A stretch of 64,000 bases of DNA from NCBI GenBank assembly GCA_963769025.1, contig CAVYKI010000003.1, positions 64,001 to 128,000 of the forward strand, read 5' to 3'. Positions within the stretch are counted from its first letter, which is position 1, and every line of letters starts with the position of its first letter. Below, piece by piece: positions 20,891 to 30,706 of the stretch. The notes beneath the pieces are model-generated. The model did not search any database and was not told the DNA's origin. It saw only the letters and a list, made by a program, of their open reading frames with translations. This stretch comes from an uncultured Verrucomicrobiae bacterium (GTDB lineage: Bacteria > Verrucomicrobiota > Verrucomicrobiia > Chthoniobacterales > Chthoniobacteraceae). Position numbers and translations under genes: made by a program.

Positions 20891-21193
20891 ACCCGATGTT
20901 CGACTTCGATAAACTCGACAAGCTCATCCATGAAAAAGGTCGCCTCGGCATCATGACGCTCCTCGCCGCACGCCCGAGTTGGACGTTTCAGGATCTGAAG
21001 GCCGAGCTGGAACTCAGCGACGGCAATCTCGTCACGCACCTGCGCACGCTGCACGACAACGGCTACGTCTCCGTGACGAAGGAAATCCTCGACCGCCCGC
21101 AGACGAGCTACGCGCTGACCGCGAAGGGCGGAAGCATTTCAGGACTACCTCACGATGCTCGAGCAGATCGTGAAAGCGGCCGCCCGGCGGTGA
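20887..21193 (+). CDS. Winged helix-turn-helix transcriptional regulator (ArsR/MarR-like)
   Basis: LDKLIHEKGRLGIMTLL...FQDLKAELELSDGNLVTHLRTL...TSYALTAKG; one frameshift near the end. Confidence 0.88.
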
Positions 21194-21235
21194 CAAGTTC
21201 TCACGCCTGATGAACGCCTTTCATTTTACCTAAAG

Positions 21236-21250
21236 CTTTGCCACACAAAG
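21236..21250. promoter_or_regulatory. Palindromic operator candidate, copy 2
   Basis: (G)CTTTG-CCACA-CAAAG(C), 13 nt upstream of the ispH ATG. Confidence 0.65.
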
Positions 21251-21263
21251 CCATGCACCATCT

Positions 21264-22132
21264 ATGAAAATCCAACTCGCAGAACATTACGGCCTCTGCT
21301 TCGGCGTCCGCGACGCCATCGCCCAGGCGGAACGACTCGCCGAGCACGGGCCGCTGACCATCCTCGGCGAACTCGTCCACAATCCCGTCGTCCGCGAACG
21401 CCTCGCGCAGCGCGGCGTGCGCGAAGGCGCGCTGCGACCACGGCTCCGCGCGCGACGCCGCAGGTGATGATCACCGCGCACGGCGCCTCGGATCGGAAAC
21501 GCGCGGCGTGGCGCGCCGCCGGCTTCGGCGTGGCCGACGGCACGTGCCCGCTGGTCCGGCATGCGCACGAGCAGCTCGCGGCTGCTCGTCGCGCTCGGCT
21601 GCTTTCCCGTCGTCATCGGCAAGCGCGGACATGTCGAAGTCGCAGGGCTGATCGGCGATTTTCCCGGGGCGTGCGTGCGTGGAAAACGACGGCGACATCG
21701 CCGCGCTGCCCGCAGCGCGAGCGCTACGGCGTGATCTCGCAGACGACGCAGCCGATCGGAGAAAGTGCAGGCGCTCGTCGCGGCGATCCGCGCAGGCGCG
21801 GCCGGCGAGCGAGGTGCGCTTCAGCGACACCGTCTGCCAGCCGACGAAGAACCGGCAGAACGCGCTGCGCAAGCTGATCGCGGAATGCGACACGATCGTC
21901 GTGGTCGGCGGACGCAACAGCAACAACACCGCTCCAACTCGTCGCCGCCGCGAGCGTCGCCGGGCTGCGCCGTCTTCCACATCGAGCGCGCGGAGGAACT
22001 CGATCCCGCGTGGTTTCGCGACGCGGAAATCGTCGGCCTCACCGCCGGCACCTCGCACGCTGAAGGAAACCGTCGCCGCCGTGCACGCGCGGCTCGAACA
22101 AATCGCCGCAGCGTCACGGCACCGTCGCGTGA
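21264..22132 (+). CDS. ispH: 4-hydroxy-3-methylbut-2-enyl diphosphate reductase (multiple frameshifts)
   Basis: Three Fe-S Cys motifs GLCFGV, DGTCPLV, DTVCQPT; also LVHNP, TAHG, SQTT, VVGGRNSNNT, VGLTAG. Confidence 0.92.
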
Positions 22133-22827
22133 TGAATCCGCCGTTGCACCGCCTCGTGATCCTTTGCCGCGGAGACTCGGACGCATCGCGCCGTGGCTCG
22201 ATGAACGCGAGCCCGCTGGCTGCTCACATGCGTGCTGACCATCGCCGCCGGCTGCGCGACTCTACGGCGGCGTGGTCGGACTGGTGGCGCGCGCCGCTGC
22301 AGGCCGCGTACACCGCGATCAAAATGCCGCTGCTGATTTTCCTGACGTGCGGCGGCAATGCGCTGCTGAACGGGTTGCTCGCGCAGGTCCTCGGCTCGGG
22401 GCTGAGCTTCCGGCAGACCTCGCTGGCGATCCTGATGAGTTTCACCATCGCTTCGCTGGTGCTCGCCGCGCTCAGTCCCGTGGCGTTCTTCATTTCCTCA
22501 ACACGCCGGCGCTCACCTCCGCCGCGCGCGGCACCGGGCACAGCCTCACGCTGCTGTGCGACGTGCTTTTCATCGCCTACGCCGGCGTCGTCGCGAACCG
22601 GCGTCTGCTGCGCCTGCTGGAGCGCCGCTGCGAAACGCGATCCGGCGGCGCGGCGCGTTTTCTGGAGCTGGCTGGCGGGCAATCTTTTCCTCGGCGCGCA
22701 GCTCTCGTGGGTGCTGCGCCCGTTCATCGGCACGCCCGGCCTGGCGATCGAGTTTCTCCGCGACGATCCGATGCGCGGGAATTTCTACGAATCCGTCTTC
22801 CACGCCCTCCGCCATCTCCTCCGCTAA
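22132..22827 (+). CDS. Hypothetical membrane protein (frameshifted)
   Basis: Several TM segments; C-terminus FLGAQLSWVLRPFIGTPG...RGNFYE. Confidence 0.75.
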   Translation: MNPPLHRLVILCRGDSDASRRGSMNASPLAAHMRADHRRRLRDSTAAWSDWWRAPLQAAYTAIKMPLLIFLTCGGNALLNGLLAQVLGSGLSFRQTSLAILMSFTIASLVLAALSPVAFFISSTRRRSPPPRAAPGTASRCCATCFSSPTPASSRTGVCCACWSAAAKRDPAARRVFWSWLAGNLFLGAQLSWVLRPFIGTPGLAIEFLRDDPMRGNFYESVFHALRHLLR

Positions 22828-22839
22828 ATCCACATCACT

Positions 22840-23611
22840 ATGAACACACCAACCGATCCACCGAACCCGCAACCCGCACCCGACTCCGGCAATCCGCCGC
22901 TGCCAGCTCCCGCCCTCGCTCGCGCAGGACGCCGGCCTCGGAGCCGTCCTCGATACGCTGCTCAAGCGTCCCGCGTCCTGATCGACGCACTCTGCGATCC
23001 GCAAGCCGTCGCGCCACTGGCTGCTGCTCGCGCTCGTCGCGGTGCCGGCGTTCGCGCTTTACGGGCTTGCTCGTCGGCACGTTTTCCGGCGGTGCGCAGC
23101 TCTTCGCCGCGTCCGCGAAAGTGAGCATCGGGCGCGCTGCTGAGCGCGCTCATCTGCTCTGCCGAGCCTCTACATTTTCGCGTGCCTCACGGGTGCGGAG
23201 GTGTCGCTGCGCGGACTCGCCGGCGTGCTCTTCGCCGCGCTCACGCTGCACCGGCCTGCTGCTGCTCGGCTTCGCGCCGGTGGCGTGGGTGTTTTCGCAG
23301 TCCACCGAATCGGTCACCTTCATCGGCACGCTGCATCTGATCTTCTGGACCATCGGCGTTTGGTTTGGCCTGCGCCTGTTCACCCACATGACGGACGTGC
23401 TGCGCGTCCAGCGAACGCACGCATCTGCAAGGTCTGGATGGTGATTTTCCTGCTCGTCTGCCTCCAGATGACCACCGCACTGCGACCGATCATCGGCACC
23501 TCGGAACACTGGCTGCCGAAGGAGAAGAAGTTCTTCCTCGCACATTGGAGCGAGAATCTTTTCGCCGCGGCGCCGACGAATCCGACCGCGGAACTCGGCA
23601 CTCGGGACTGA
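22840..23611 (+). CDS. Hypothetical membrane protein, probable paralogue of the upstream gene (frameshifted)
   Basis: TM segments; APVAWVFSQST and CLQMTTALRPIIG align with the neighbour's SPVAFF and QLSWVLRPFIG. Confidence 0.72.
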
Positions 23612-23642
23612 GTATCCTGTTATTCCGCGACCTACAGCGCGT

Positions 23643-25358
23643 TCACTTTGCAGTCTGCGCCTTCGCCGCTTCGAGGGCGGGCCGGCCCACGGTGTCGCGC
23701 TGGGAGGTGTAGCCGGGGCCGCCGCCGCCAAGATAGCCGCCGCTCGCGCCGTGTTGATCGGCGCTGACCCAGAACGCGTAGAGTTTCCCCGACGTGAGGT
23801 GAAAGCGCAGCCGAGCCGCCGTGCCGGCCACTGCCGCGAGATCGGGCGCTCCCGTCCATTTCACCTCTGTCAAAGTCGAATCGCCCTTCACCGGTTCGCA
23901 GTTCGCCCGCGTGAATGGCTCGATGGGTTTCCCGTCGCGGTCCAGCAGTTCGGCGAGCAGTTCGCCCGCGGGCGCATCGACATTCACGAACAGCCGCCGG
24001 CCTGAGAAGCTCACCGGCCGCGTCGTGATCGAGCCGCCTTCCGGCCCTGCTTCGAGCGATGCGAATCCGTCCCTCCGCATGATGCCCACGCCGGTGCTGC
24101 CGCCGGAATCCTCACCGGGCGATCCCGGGAAAGCCAGGCCCGCGCGGCCGCTGACGTAAAAATACAGATGGTCCCCCATGACCACGCAGCAGCCACCGGC
24201 ACTCTGCACGTTGCCCCAATTCCACGCGCCGCGCTGCTCCGACACCGGCAGGAATGGAGTCCGATCCGGCCTCGACCAGTTGAAGCCGTCGCGGCTGAAT
24301 CCCACCGACACCGAGTTCAACTTCGGCCGGCCCTCCTTCTTCATCGCCTCGATCTGCCCGGCCGGAATCTCCGCTTCGCGCGGCTCTTTTTCACTGTGCG
24401 CACTGCCGCGGTAAATGGTGAACAGCCCGATCATGACGCTCTCGTACCCCGCGCAGTCGAGATTGTAGAGTTGCGGATAGGTTTTGAGTTCCGGTCGCAT
24501 CCCGTCGAGCCGGTCGGCACCGGTCCATAGCGGCGGCGCCACATCGTTCCACGCGCCTTCGCCGAAGACGGGGCTCTCCGCATAGCGCCTCGCCCGCGAG
24601 CCGCCGCCCCAGCCGTGGCGCAGCGAGTAGACCCACACTTTGCGGAATGGATTGTAGCCCAGGCAGCACCGGTCGCCGGATTTGCCGAGCAAGCCGAGCC
24701 GGTTCCACCGAAGCCCGTCCGCCGACACCGCCGTGTAATATTTGCCCGCGCTATGCCACACCATCTTGTAGCGCCGCTCCGGGTCCTTTTCCTCCAGATC
24801 GAGCCACATGCCGTGCATGTCGTTCTGCGGAATCGAAAGTGCGCTCGTTCCCTTGAGCACGCCCCAGTCCGGCTTCTCCCAATGCAGCCCGTCCTTCGAG
24901 ATCGCGAGCGCAACACGGTAGCCGTAGCCCGCCATGTACCACATTTTGAAAACCGAATCCCGCGGATCCCAAAAGACTCCGCCGCTGAATGGCATAGCCA
25001 TCGGGCCCGTGCGCGAGTGCCATTCCCACGGCCGGTCGGGCGTCACCACCGGGTTGCCCGCGTAGTATTCGGGCTGGTGAAAAACGCGCTTCAGCGTGCT
25101 TGCTTCGATCAGGAAATCGTCCACGAAAAGCTGGCGTCCCACGTCGATGGGAATGACCGCGGGCGGCGAAACCAGGTACGGCGGAACGGGTGCCTCCTCG
25201 CCCTTCACGAAGCGATCGTAGGTGATGTCGCGCGGCGGCCACACGTCGGGAAGGACGATGCCGTTGTAGAGCGTTTCCACGCCGGAGACAGTGGCTGGAA
25301 TCGCGAGCACCGCAGCGGTGGCGATGGAAAAGAGACGGCGAGGGAGGTTCGGGCTCAT
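23643..25358 (-). CDS. Secreted five-bladed beta-propeller glycoside hydrolase-like protein (GH32/43-like)
   Basis: Signal peptide, GRQLFVDDFLI, FKMWY, SKDGLHWEKP, SRDGFNW, RRDGFASL. Confidence 0.75.
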   Translation of the reverse strand: MSPNLPRRLFSIATAAVLAIPATVSGVETLYNGIVLPDVWPPRDITYDRFVKGEEAPVPPYLVSPPAVIPIDVGRQLFVDDFLIEASTLKRVFHQPEYYAGNPVVTPDRPWEWHSRTGPMAMPFSGGVFWDPRDSVFKMWYMAGYGYRVALAISKDGLHWEKPDWGVLKGTSALSIPQNDMHGMWLDLEEKDPERRYKMVWHSAGKYYTAVSADGLRWNRLGLLGKSGDRCCLGYNPFRKVWVYSLRHGWGGGSRARRYAESPVFGEGAWNDVAPPLWTGADRLDGMRPELKTYPQLYNLDCAGYESVMIGLFTIYRGSAHSEKEPREAEIPAGQIEAMKKEGRPKLNSVSVGFSRDGFNWSRPDRTPFLPVSEQRGAWNWGNVQSAGGCCVVMGDHLYFYVSGRAGLAFPGSPGEDSGGSTGVGIMRRDGFASLEAGPEGGSITTRPVSFSGRRLFVNVDAPAGELLAELLDRDGKPIEPFTRANCEPVKGDSTLTEVKWTGAPDLAAVAGTAARLRFHLTSGKLYAFWVSADQHGASGGYLGGGGPGYTSQRDTVGRPALEAAKAQTAK

Positions 25359-25509
25359 GGGGGGAGTTCTGAAGATGAGCCTCGTGGCCCCGCCTCCTTG
25401 GATTTTGCTTTTGCGCCCTGCGGACAATGGCCGGTCGAACTCCGGAACGGCGTCGAGTTTCCGGGGTGTTCGGCTCGAGCCATTCGACGCCCTCCTGCCT
25501 CCCGGCCGC

Positions 25510-27711
25510 TCACTTCGACCGGCTGAAGCGATTTCCGAGCAGCGTCTCCGCGACGACGAGGCCGATGGCGAGCAGCGCAAACGGCAGCCAGAGTTCCGTC
25601 CCGTTGCGCTCACGTTCCATCTGGCCACGAAGGTCTGCTTCGGGTGTCCAGCGGACGATGCGCGCTGTGCCGCCGAGCGCGGCGAGGTCGGCGGCGGAGA
25701 GTTCGTGCAGGTCGCCTTCGCCGGGATCGGATGCGGCGGCGAAACGCACGGCGGTGCCAGTCTCCTCGGTGAAGTGAACGGCATACGCGCCGGCCACCGA
25801 AGTGTCGGCCTGCTCGATCTGCGGCGCTCCATTTTTTACCATCACGGTGCGCGTGCGCGCGGCACCCTGCTTCGCGCCGGGCTCGGCGACGGAGTAGTTT
25901 TTCCCGGCGCGCTCCGCGGCGACGGTGTACGTGAATGGCGTGCCGGCGCGGATGTTCAGCCGGTCGCCAAATCGCGCGAGGAGGAATCCGAGCGTGCGAT
26001 GCATGAGCGGGACGAAGACGGGGCGCACGGGCAGGTCGTTCCACGCACCGCCGGCGGTGCTGCTGAACTGCACCACGCGGCCCAGGCCGAACGGGCGCTC
26101 CATCACCGCAGGCTCGCCGTCCGCGTAGCTGAGCACCACTGCCGGCAGGCCGGCGTCGCCGGGCACGTCGCTTTGCTTTGCGGACTGAAGCGTGAATGCG
26201 CGGTAAAATTGCGCCGAGCCGAGCGTGCCGCTCGCGGGATCCTTCCACAGCTCGACGATGCGGTGCGCGTAGTCCTTCGTCTGGAGGCGGAAAAACTTCT
26301 CCGGGCGCTCCGCCTTCGTCTCGTCGAATGCCTCGCCGCGCACGGCGCCGAATGCCGCCGGCAGCAGGCCGCGCTCGCCGAGCAGGCGATCGTTGTAAAA
26401 CGGCACGCTGATGCGCGACCCGGGAAAGACGAGCAGGCCGCCGCCGCCGCGCACGTAGGCCTGCAGCGCGTCCGCCGCGAGCGGCGAAAGGTCCACGACA
26501 TTGGCGAGAACGACCGCGTCGAAATCGCGCAGCGCGGTCTTTTCAAACTCCGCGCCGGTGACGGTGCGGGTCTTGATGAAGAAGCGGTCGCGCAGTTCCA
26601 CGGGCACGGGCGTGAGGGCGTTGCGCAGGTAGAAGACTTCGCTTTCGCGCGGCTCCGCGCCGGGGTTGCCGTCCACGAGCAGCACGTTCACTTCGTCGAT
26701 GACGCGCAGCGCGAGCGAGCGCCGGTCGTCGAACGGGCATCGGTCCGCGTGCAGCCGCGCGGTGACGGTGTGGAAGCCCGGCTCGCGGAACGTGGCGAAA
26801 AGCGAAAGTGCTCTTCGGCGCGCCGCCCGGCGGGATGCTGTCGAGCGTCTGCTCGTCGGCAGGCGGCTCGTCGTCCACGGCGAGGCTCACCGCGACGCCG
26901 TCCGCCCCGGCGGGTCCGAAATTTGCGACGGAGACCTCGAACCGCAGCGGCTGGTTCACCGTCGGAAGCGCGGTCGCGAGGCGGACATCGGTGATCCCGA
27001 GATTCCGTTCCTCGCCCTCGGTGGTAAGCACGAGCTGTCGCGCGCATCTCGCGCTTCACGGATTCGAGCAGCGTGCGGATTTCGCCGGTGCCCTTCCAGC
27101 CGATCGCCTGTCCGTCGGTCACGGCATAGACGCTTTTGTGGACGCCCGGCTGCTTCTTGCAGCACCTCCACCGCACGCCGCAACGCAGGCTGCCACTCGG
27201 TCCCCTGGTCCGCGCGCTTCGCCTCGCGGATGCTTTTCCGCGCGAGCGCGAGATCGCGCGCCGGCTCGGAGACGGATTCGCGCACCGTGTCGGACACGAG
27301 CCACACGCGCGACGCGCGAACCCGCCAGGCAACGCCGTCGAGAATCTGCCCCGCAGCCTTCTGCGCCTTTTCAAAACGCGAGACCGCACCGTCAGTCGCG
27401 GACATCGAGCCGGAGTTATCGAGCGAGGATGATCGCCGCCTCATCACCGCCGAGAAACCCGACCCCGCCCTCCCGCAACGATGGCCGCGCCAGCGCAAGC
27501 GCCAGCAGCGCGAGGATGAGGCAGCGCAGCACGAGCAGCAGGATGTCCTCGATGTTCATCTTCCGCTTGTTCCGATCCACGGTGACCTTCAGAAACCTCA
27601 TCGCCGCCCACACCACGCGCTTGATCTGCTTCTTCGCGAGCAGATGGATGATGATCGGCGAAGCAATCCCCGCAATGCCGCGCGAGCAGCCAGTGGATTC
27701 AGGAATGCCAT
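25510..27711 (-). CDS. BatA N-terminal / vWA domain protein with glutamine amidotransferase-like domain (frameshifted)
   Basis: MAFLNPL...PIIIHL, WAAMRFL, LLLVLRCL...LARP, DNSGSM MIDAS, C-terminal TM ELWLPFALLA. Confidence 0.85.
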
Positions 27712-27715
27712 GGCC

Positions 27716-28638
27716 TCAGCCGTAGCGATGCTGCCGGGTGGCGAGGTAGGCGGTGAGGACTTCGGCCCAGGGCTGGTCGGTGGTCGACGCGGATGTACGT
27801 GGCAGCCGTAGCGCTCGCAGGCGAGGCGGATGCGATCGAGGAATGCGCCGAATTCCTCGAGGTAGCTTTTGCGGATTTCCGCCGGGCGCGTGAGCATCCG
27901 GCCCTGCGCTTCGAGGCCGATGAAACTCGACCGTGCCCTGGAATGGAAAGGTCACCTCGTACGGATCGAGCACGTGAAAGACGATCACTTCGTGCCCGAC
28001 AAAGCGCAGGTGCTGGATGCCGCGGATGAGCTTCTCCTCGTCGTCGAACAGGTCGCTGATCAGGATCACGATGCCGCGGCGTCGCGTCTTGCGCGCGAGG
28101 TCGTCGAGCATCGTCGGAAATGGCCGTGCGCTGCGTCGGGATCGAAGGCGCTGAGCCGGTGCAGATCGTGATGGATTTTCGCGAGGTTGTCGGTGCGCGG
28201 CTGAGTGCTCGCGCGACTTGTCGTCGAAGACTGTCACCGCCGCGGCGTCGCGCTGGAGCAGGATGAGATAGGCGAGGCACGCCGCCATCACCTTTGCGTA
28301 GTCGAGCTTCGTCACCGCGCCGCGAGCCGTACTTCATGCGACTCGCTGCCATCGAGCAGCAGGTGCGCGACGAAGTTCGTCTCCTGCTCGTATTGCTTGA
28401 TGTAGTAGCGGTCGCTGCGCCCGAGCACCTTCCAGTCGAGATGCCGCGTGTCGTCGCCGGGGACGTATTCGCGGTGCTGCGCAAACTCGACGGCGAAGCC
28501 GCGGAACGGCGACTTGTGCGCGCCGGCCATGTAGCCCTCGACGATCGTGCGCGCCTGCAGGCCGAGATACTCGGTCTTCTGGATCGCCTCGGGATCGAGC
28601 AGCGGCGGGAGCGCGGGCTGTTGGGGGGTGCCGGACAT
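27716..28638 (-). CDS. DUF58 domain protein (frameshifted)
   Basis: HKSPFRGFAVEFAQHREYVPGDDTRHLDWKV, YIKQYEQETN, ILISDLF. Confidence 0.92.
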
Positions 28639-28737
28639 CGCGCGGAGGGTTGCGGAAGGTACGAAGATTTTCCGAGGGGAAAATGGAATGCCGTCCTTGA
28701 AACGTTCACCAGTTCGAGAGCAGGACGGCGTGCATCG

Positions 28738-28876
28738 GGTAGCGCGGGCATCCTGCCTGCCGTGCTGCGCATCCTGCGCAGCACACGACGGACGACCACA
28801 GGCGATCGGATCGCTCTGGGTGTCCGTGTGCATTCCGCAGGATGCGGAATGCGGCGGGCGGGACGCCCACCCTACC
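28738..28876. repeat. REP/BIME-like inverted repeat pair with GTAG ends
   Basis: GGTAGCGCGGGCATCCTGCCTGCCG versus the reverse complement of CGGCGGGCGGGACGCCCACCCTACC (20/25 match); each arm has an inner hairpin. Confidence 0.75.
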
Positions 28877-28892
28877 GGAGGCACGCCAGCGG

Positions 28893-29720
28893 CTAGTCGG
28901 TTCCCAACGTCCGATTGGGAGCAGTCGATGTGAGCAGCACGCGGTTGTTGCCATTGATGTGCTGGATGGCGGAGACGAGTTCGCCTGCTTTATGGCCAGC
29001 GCGAAGGCAGATGTTGTAGCGTAGTTCGGTCATCATCCCCGCCTGGATGGACTCGACGGATATCAGGTCGTGCCGCTCGAGAAACTTTCCGAAGGTCTCC
29101 TCGAATGCTTCGTCGTAGTTGATGTCATTCGTCACGCGGATGCGCAGGTAGTGACTCGCGCGCGTCGGCGCGAACCAGTTGCGACGGGAGAACCACCAGA
29201 TGATGGCGCAGATGAAGATCGTCGTGGCGGCCGCGAGGCCGTACTGCCGCGCGCCGACGCCGAGGCCGGCGGTCATCGCGAAGAAGATGAACGCGACATC
29301 GCGCGCCTCGCCGAGCGAAGTGCGGAAGCGGATCATGGAAAACGCGGCGAACATCCCGAAGCCCGTGGCCATCGCATGTTCGCCGTCTCCGCTGCGGATC
29401 ACCATGACGATGACGCACACGACGATGCCGAGGATGATGAGGGTGTGGATGTAATCCTGGGAAAGCTTCGGCCCGCGGAAAGTCGTCTTGTAGAGCGCGG
29501 CGATGAGTGCGGTGAGGCAGAAGGTGAGCAGCGCGGCGAAGAGGATTTCGATCAATCCCGGCGTGCCCAATCCAAAGCCGAGCGTGACATTGAAAAAATC
29601 CATCACCGGGCGAAACGCGGGCGAGTTCTGAAGCTCCCTGAAAAGTGGCCAGAGCTTTTCAGGCGCGATTTTTCCGGCATCGGCGAGGAACGGTGAAAGG
29701 GATCCGAAGGGATGGAGCAT
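28893..29720 (-). CDS. DUF4956 domain membrane protein
   Basis: FGMFAAFSMIRFRT...DVAFIFFAMTAGLGVG, followed by a C-terminal ACT-like region. Confidence 0.88.
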   Translation of the reverse strand: MLHPFGSLSPFLADAGKIAPEKLWPLFRELQNSPAFRPVMDFFNVTLGFGLGTPGLIEILFAALLTFCLTALIAALYKTTFRGPKLSQDYIHTLIILGIVVCVIVMVIRSGDGEHAMATGFGMFAAFSMIRFRTSLGEARDVAFIFFAMTAGLGVGARQYGLAAATTIFICAIIWWFSRRNWFAPTRASHYLRIRVTNDINYDEAFEETFGKFLERHDLISVESIQAGMMTELRYNICLRAGHKAGELVSAIQHINGNNRVLLTSTAPNRTLGTD

Positions 29721-29728
29721 GAGGTGGA

Positions 29729-30573
29729 TTAACCCGCGGCCTGAACAAACGCTGGAGCGCTGAGGGGTGAAAATGCCGGAGCTGCCTTGGCCGGTGCGAC
29801 CGGGACGGATTTCCGCCACTTTGGCGAAAGCATCGTGCGGAGGACGGGATCGCTTTGCTCCAGCGCGGTGGAATACTTCGAGTGGCTCTGCAGCCGGCAG
29901 CCCGTCGCGGAGATCGTGCGGCTGAGCCAGAACGGGATGCAGCCGGTGATTTTCACCTCCATCACCGCCGCGCCGTCTTCGTCGGGCCTGCACGCCGTGT
30001 CGAAACGCCGGTCGTCCGGTTCGGGCGTGAGATTGTCGAACCGCGCCCGGACGCCGCTGTCGAAAGTCACGCGCAGGTCGCTCTCCGGGTCCGCCGCGGC
30101 GTAGGCCGCGCGGTCGTAGCGCATCACGAGCACCGGCTGGAACCGCCTGCGGAGCACCATGTCATGCACCTCGCGGATCACCCGCGCGTCCGGCTTCGGA
30201 AAATTGCACGCCTTCCGGCCAGAGCCCGTCGCCGGCCCGCAGCGCATGTTCGAGCGGCAGCTTCACGCGCCGTTTCACACCGCGACCGTCGCACTTGTGT
30301 TTGACCTCGATGAACGCGGTCGCAGGCACGGCCCCGTCCTTGCTGCCATAGACGCGCACGCGCAACTTTCGCCGGCTCGGGAGCCCGCGCGCCTTCTCCC
30401 AGTAGCAGTCGCGCTCGCCGTTGTCGTAGTAAAGGCTCACCACCGGATACTGCGCACCGGTGCCCGCATTTTCATCGGGCCGGAGGTGCGGTGCGAGCTG
30501 CGTCATCAAGGCGGACTCTCTGCGCCACCGTGACGGCAAACTTCATCTCGAATCGATCGATGCGGAGACTCAC
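29729..30573 (-). CDS. VTC / polyphosphate polymerase domain (CYTH-like) protein (frameshifted)
   Basis: RFEMKF, SLYYD, RRKLRVRVYG, FIEVKHK, YDRAAY, LRVTFD, MEVK, HSKY. Confidence 0.88.
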
Positions 30574-30706
30574 GTGGTCTGGTGGGGCCTGTTCATTGTC
30601 AAAAACAACGCGGCGCTTTTGATCGGACGGGCCCGCGCAAATCAACCTGCATCTTGCCGGCACGTTCATTGTGAAAACGAATTCATCCCGCATTCCGGCG
30701 CGCACG

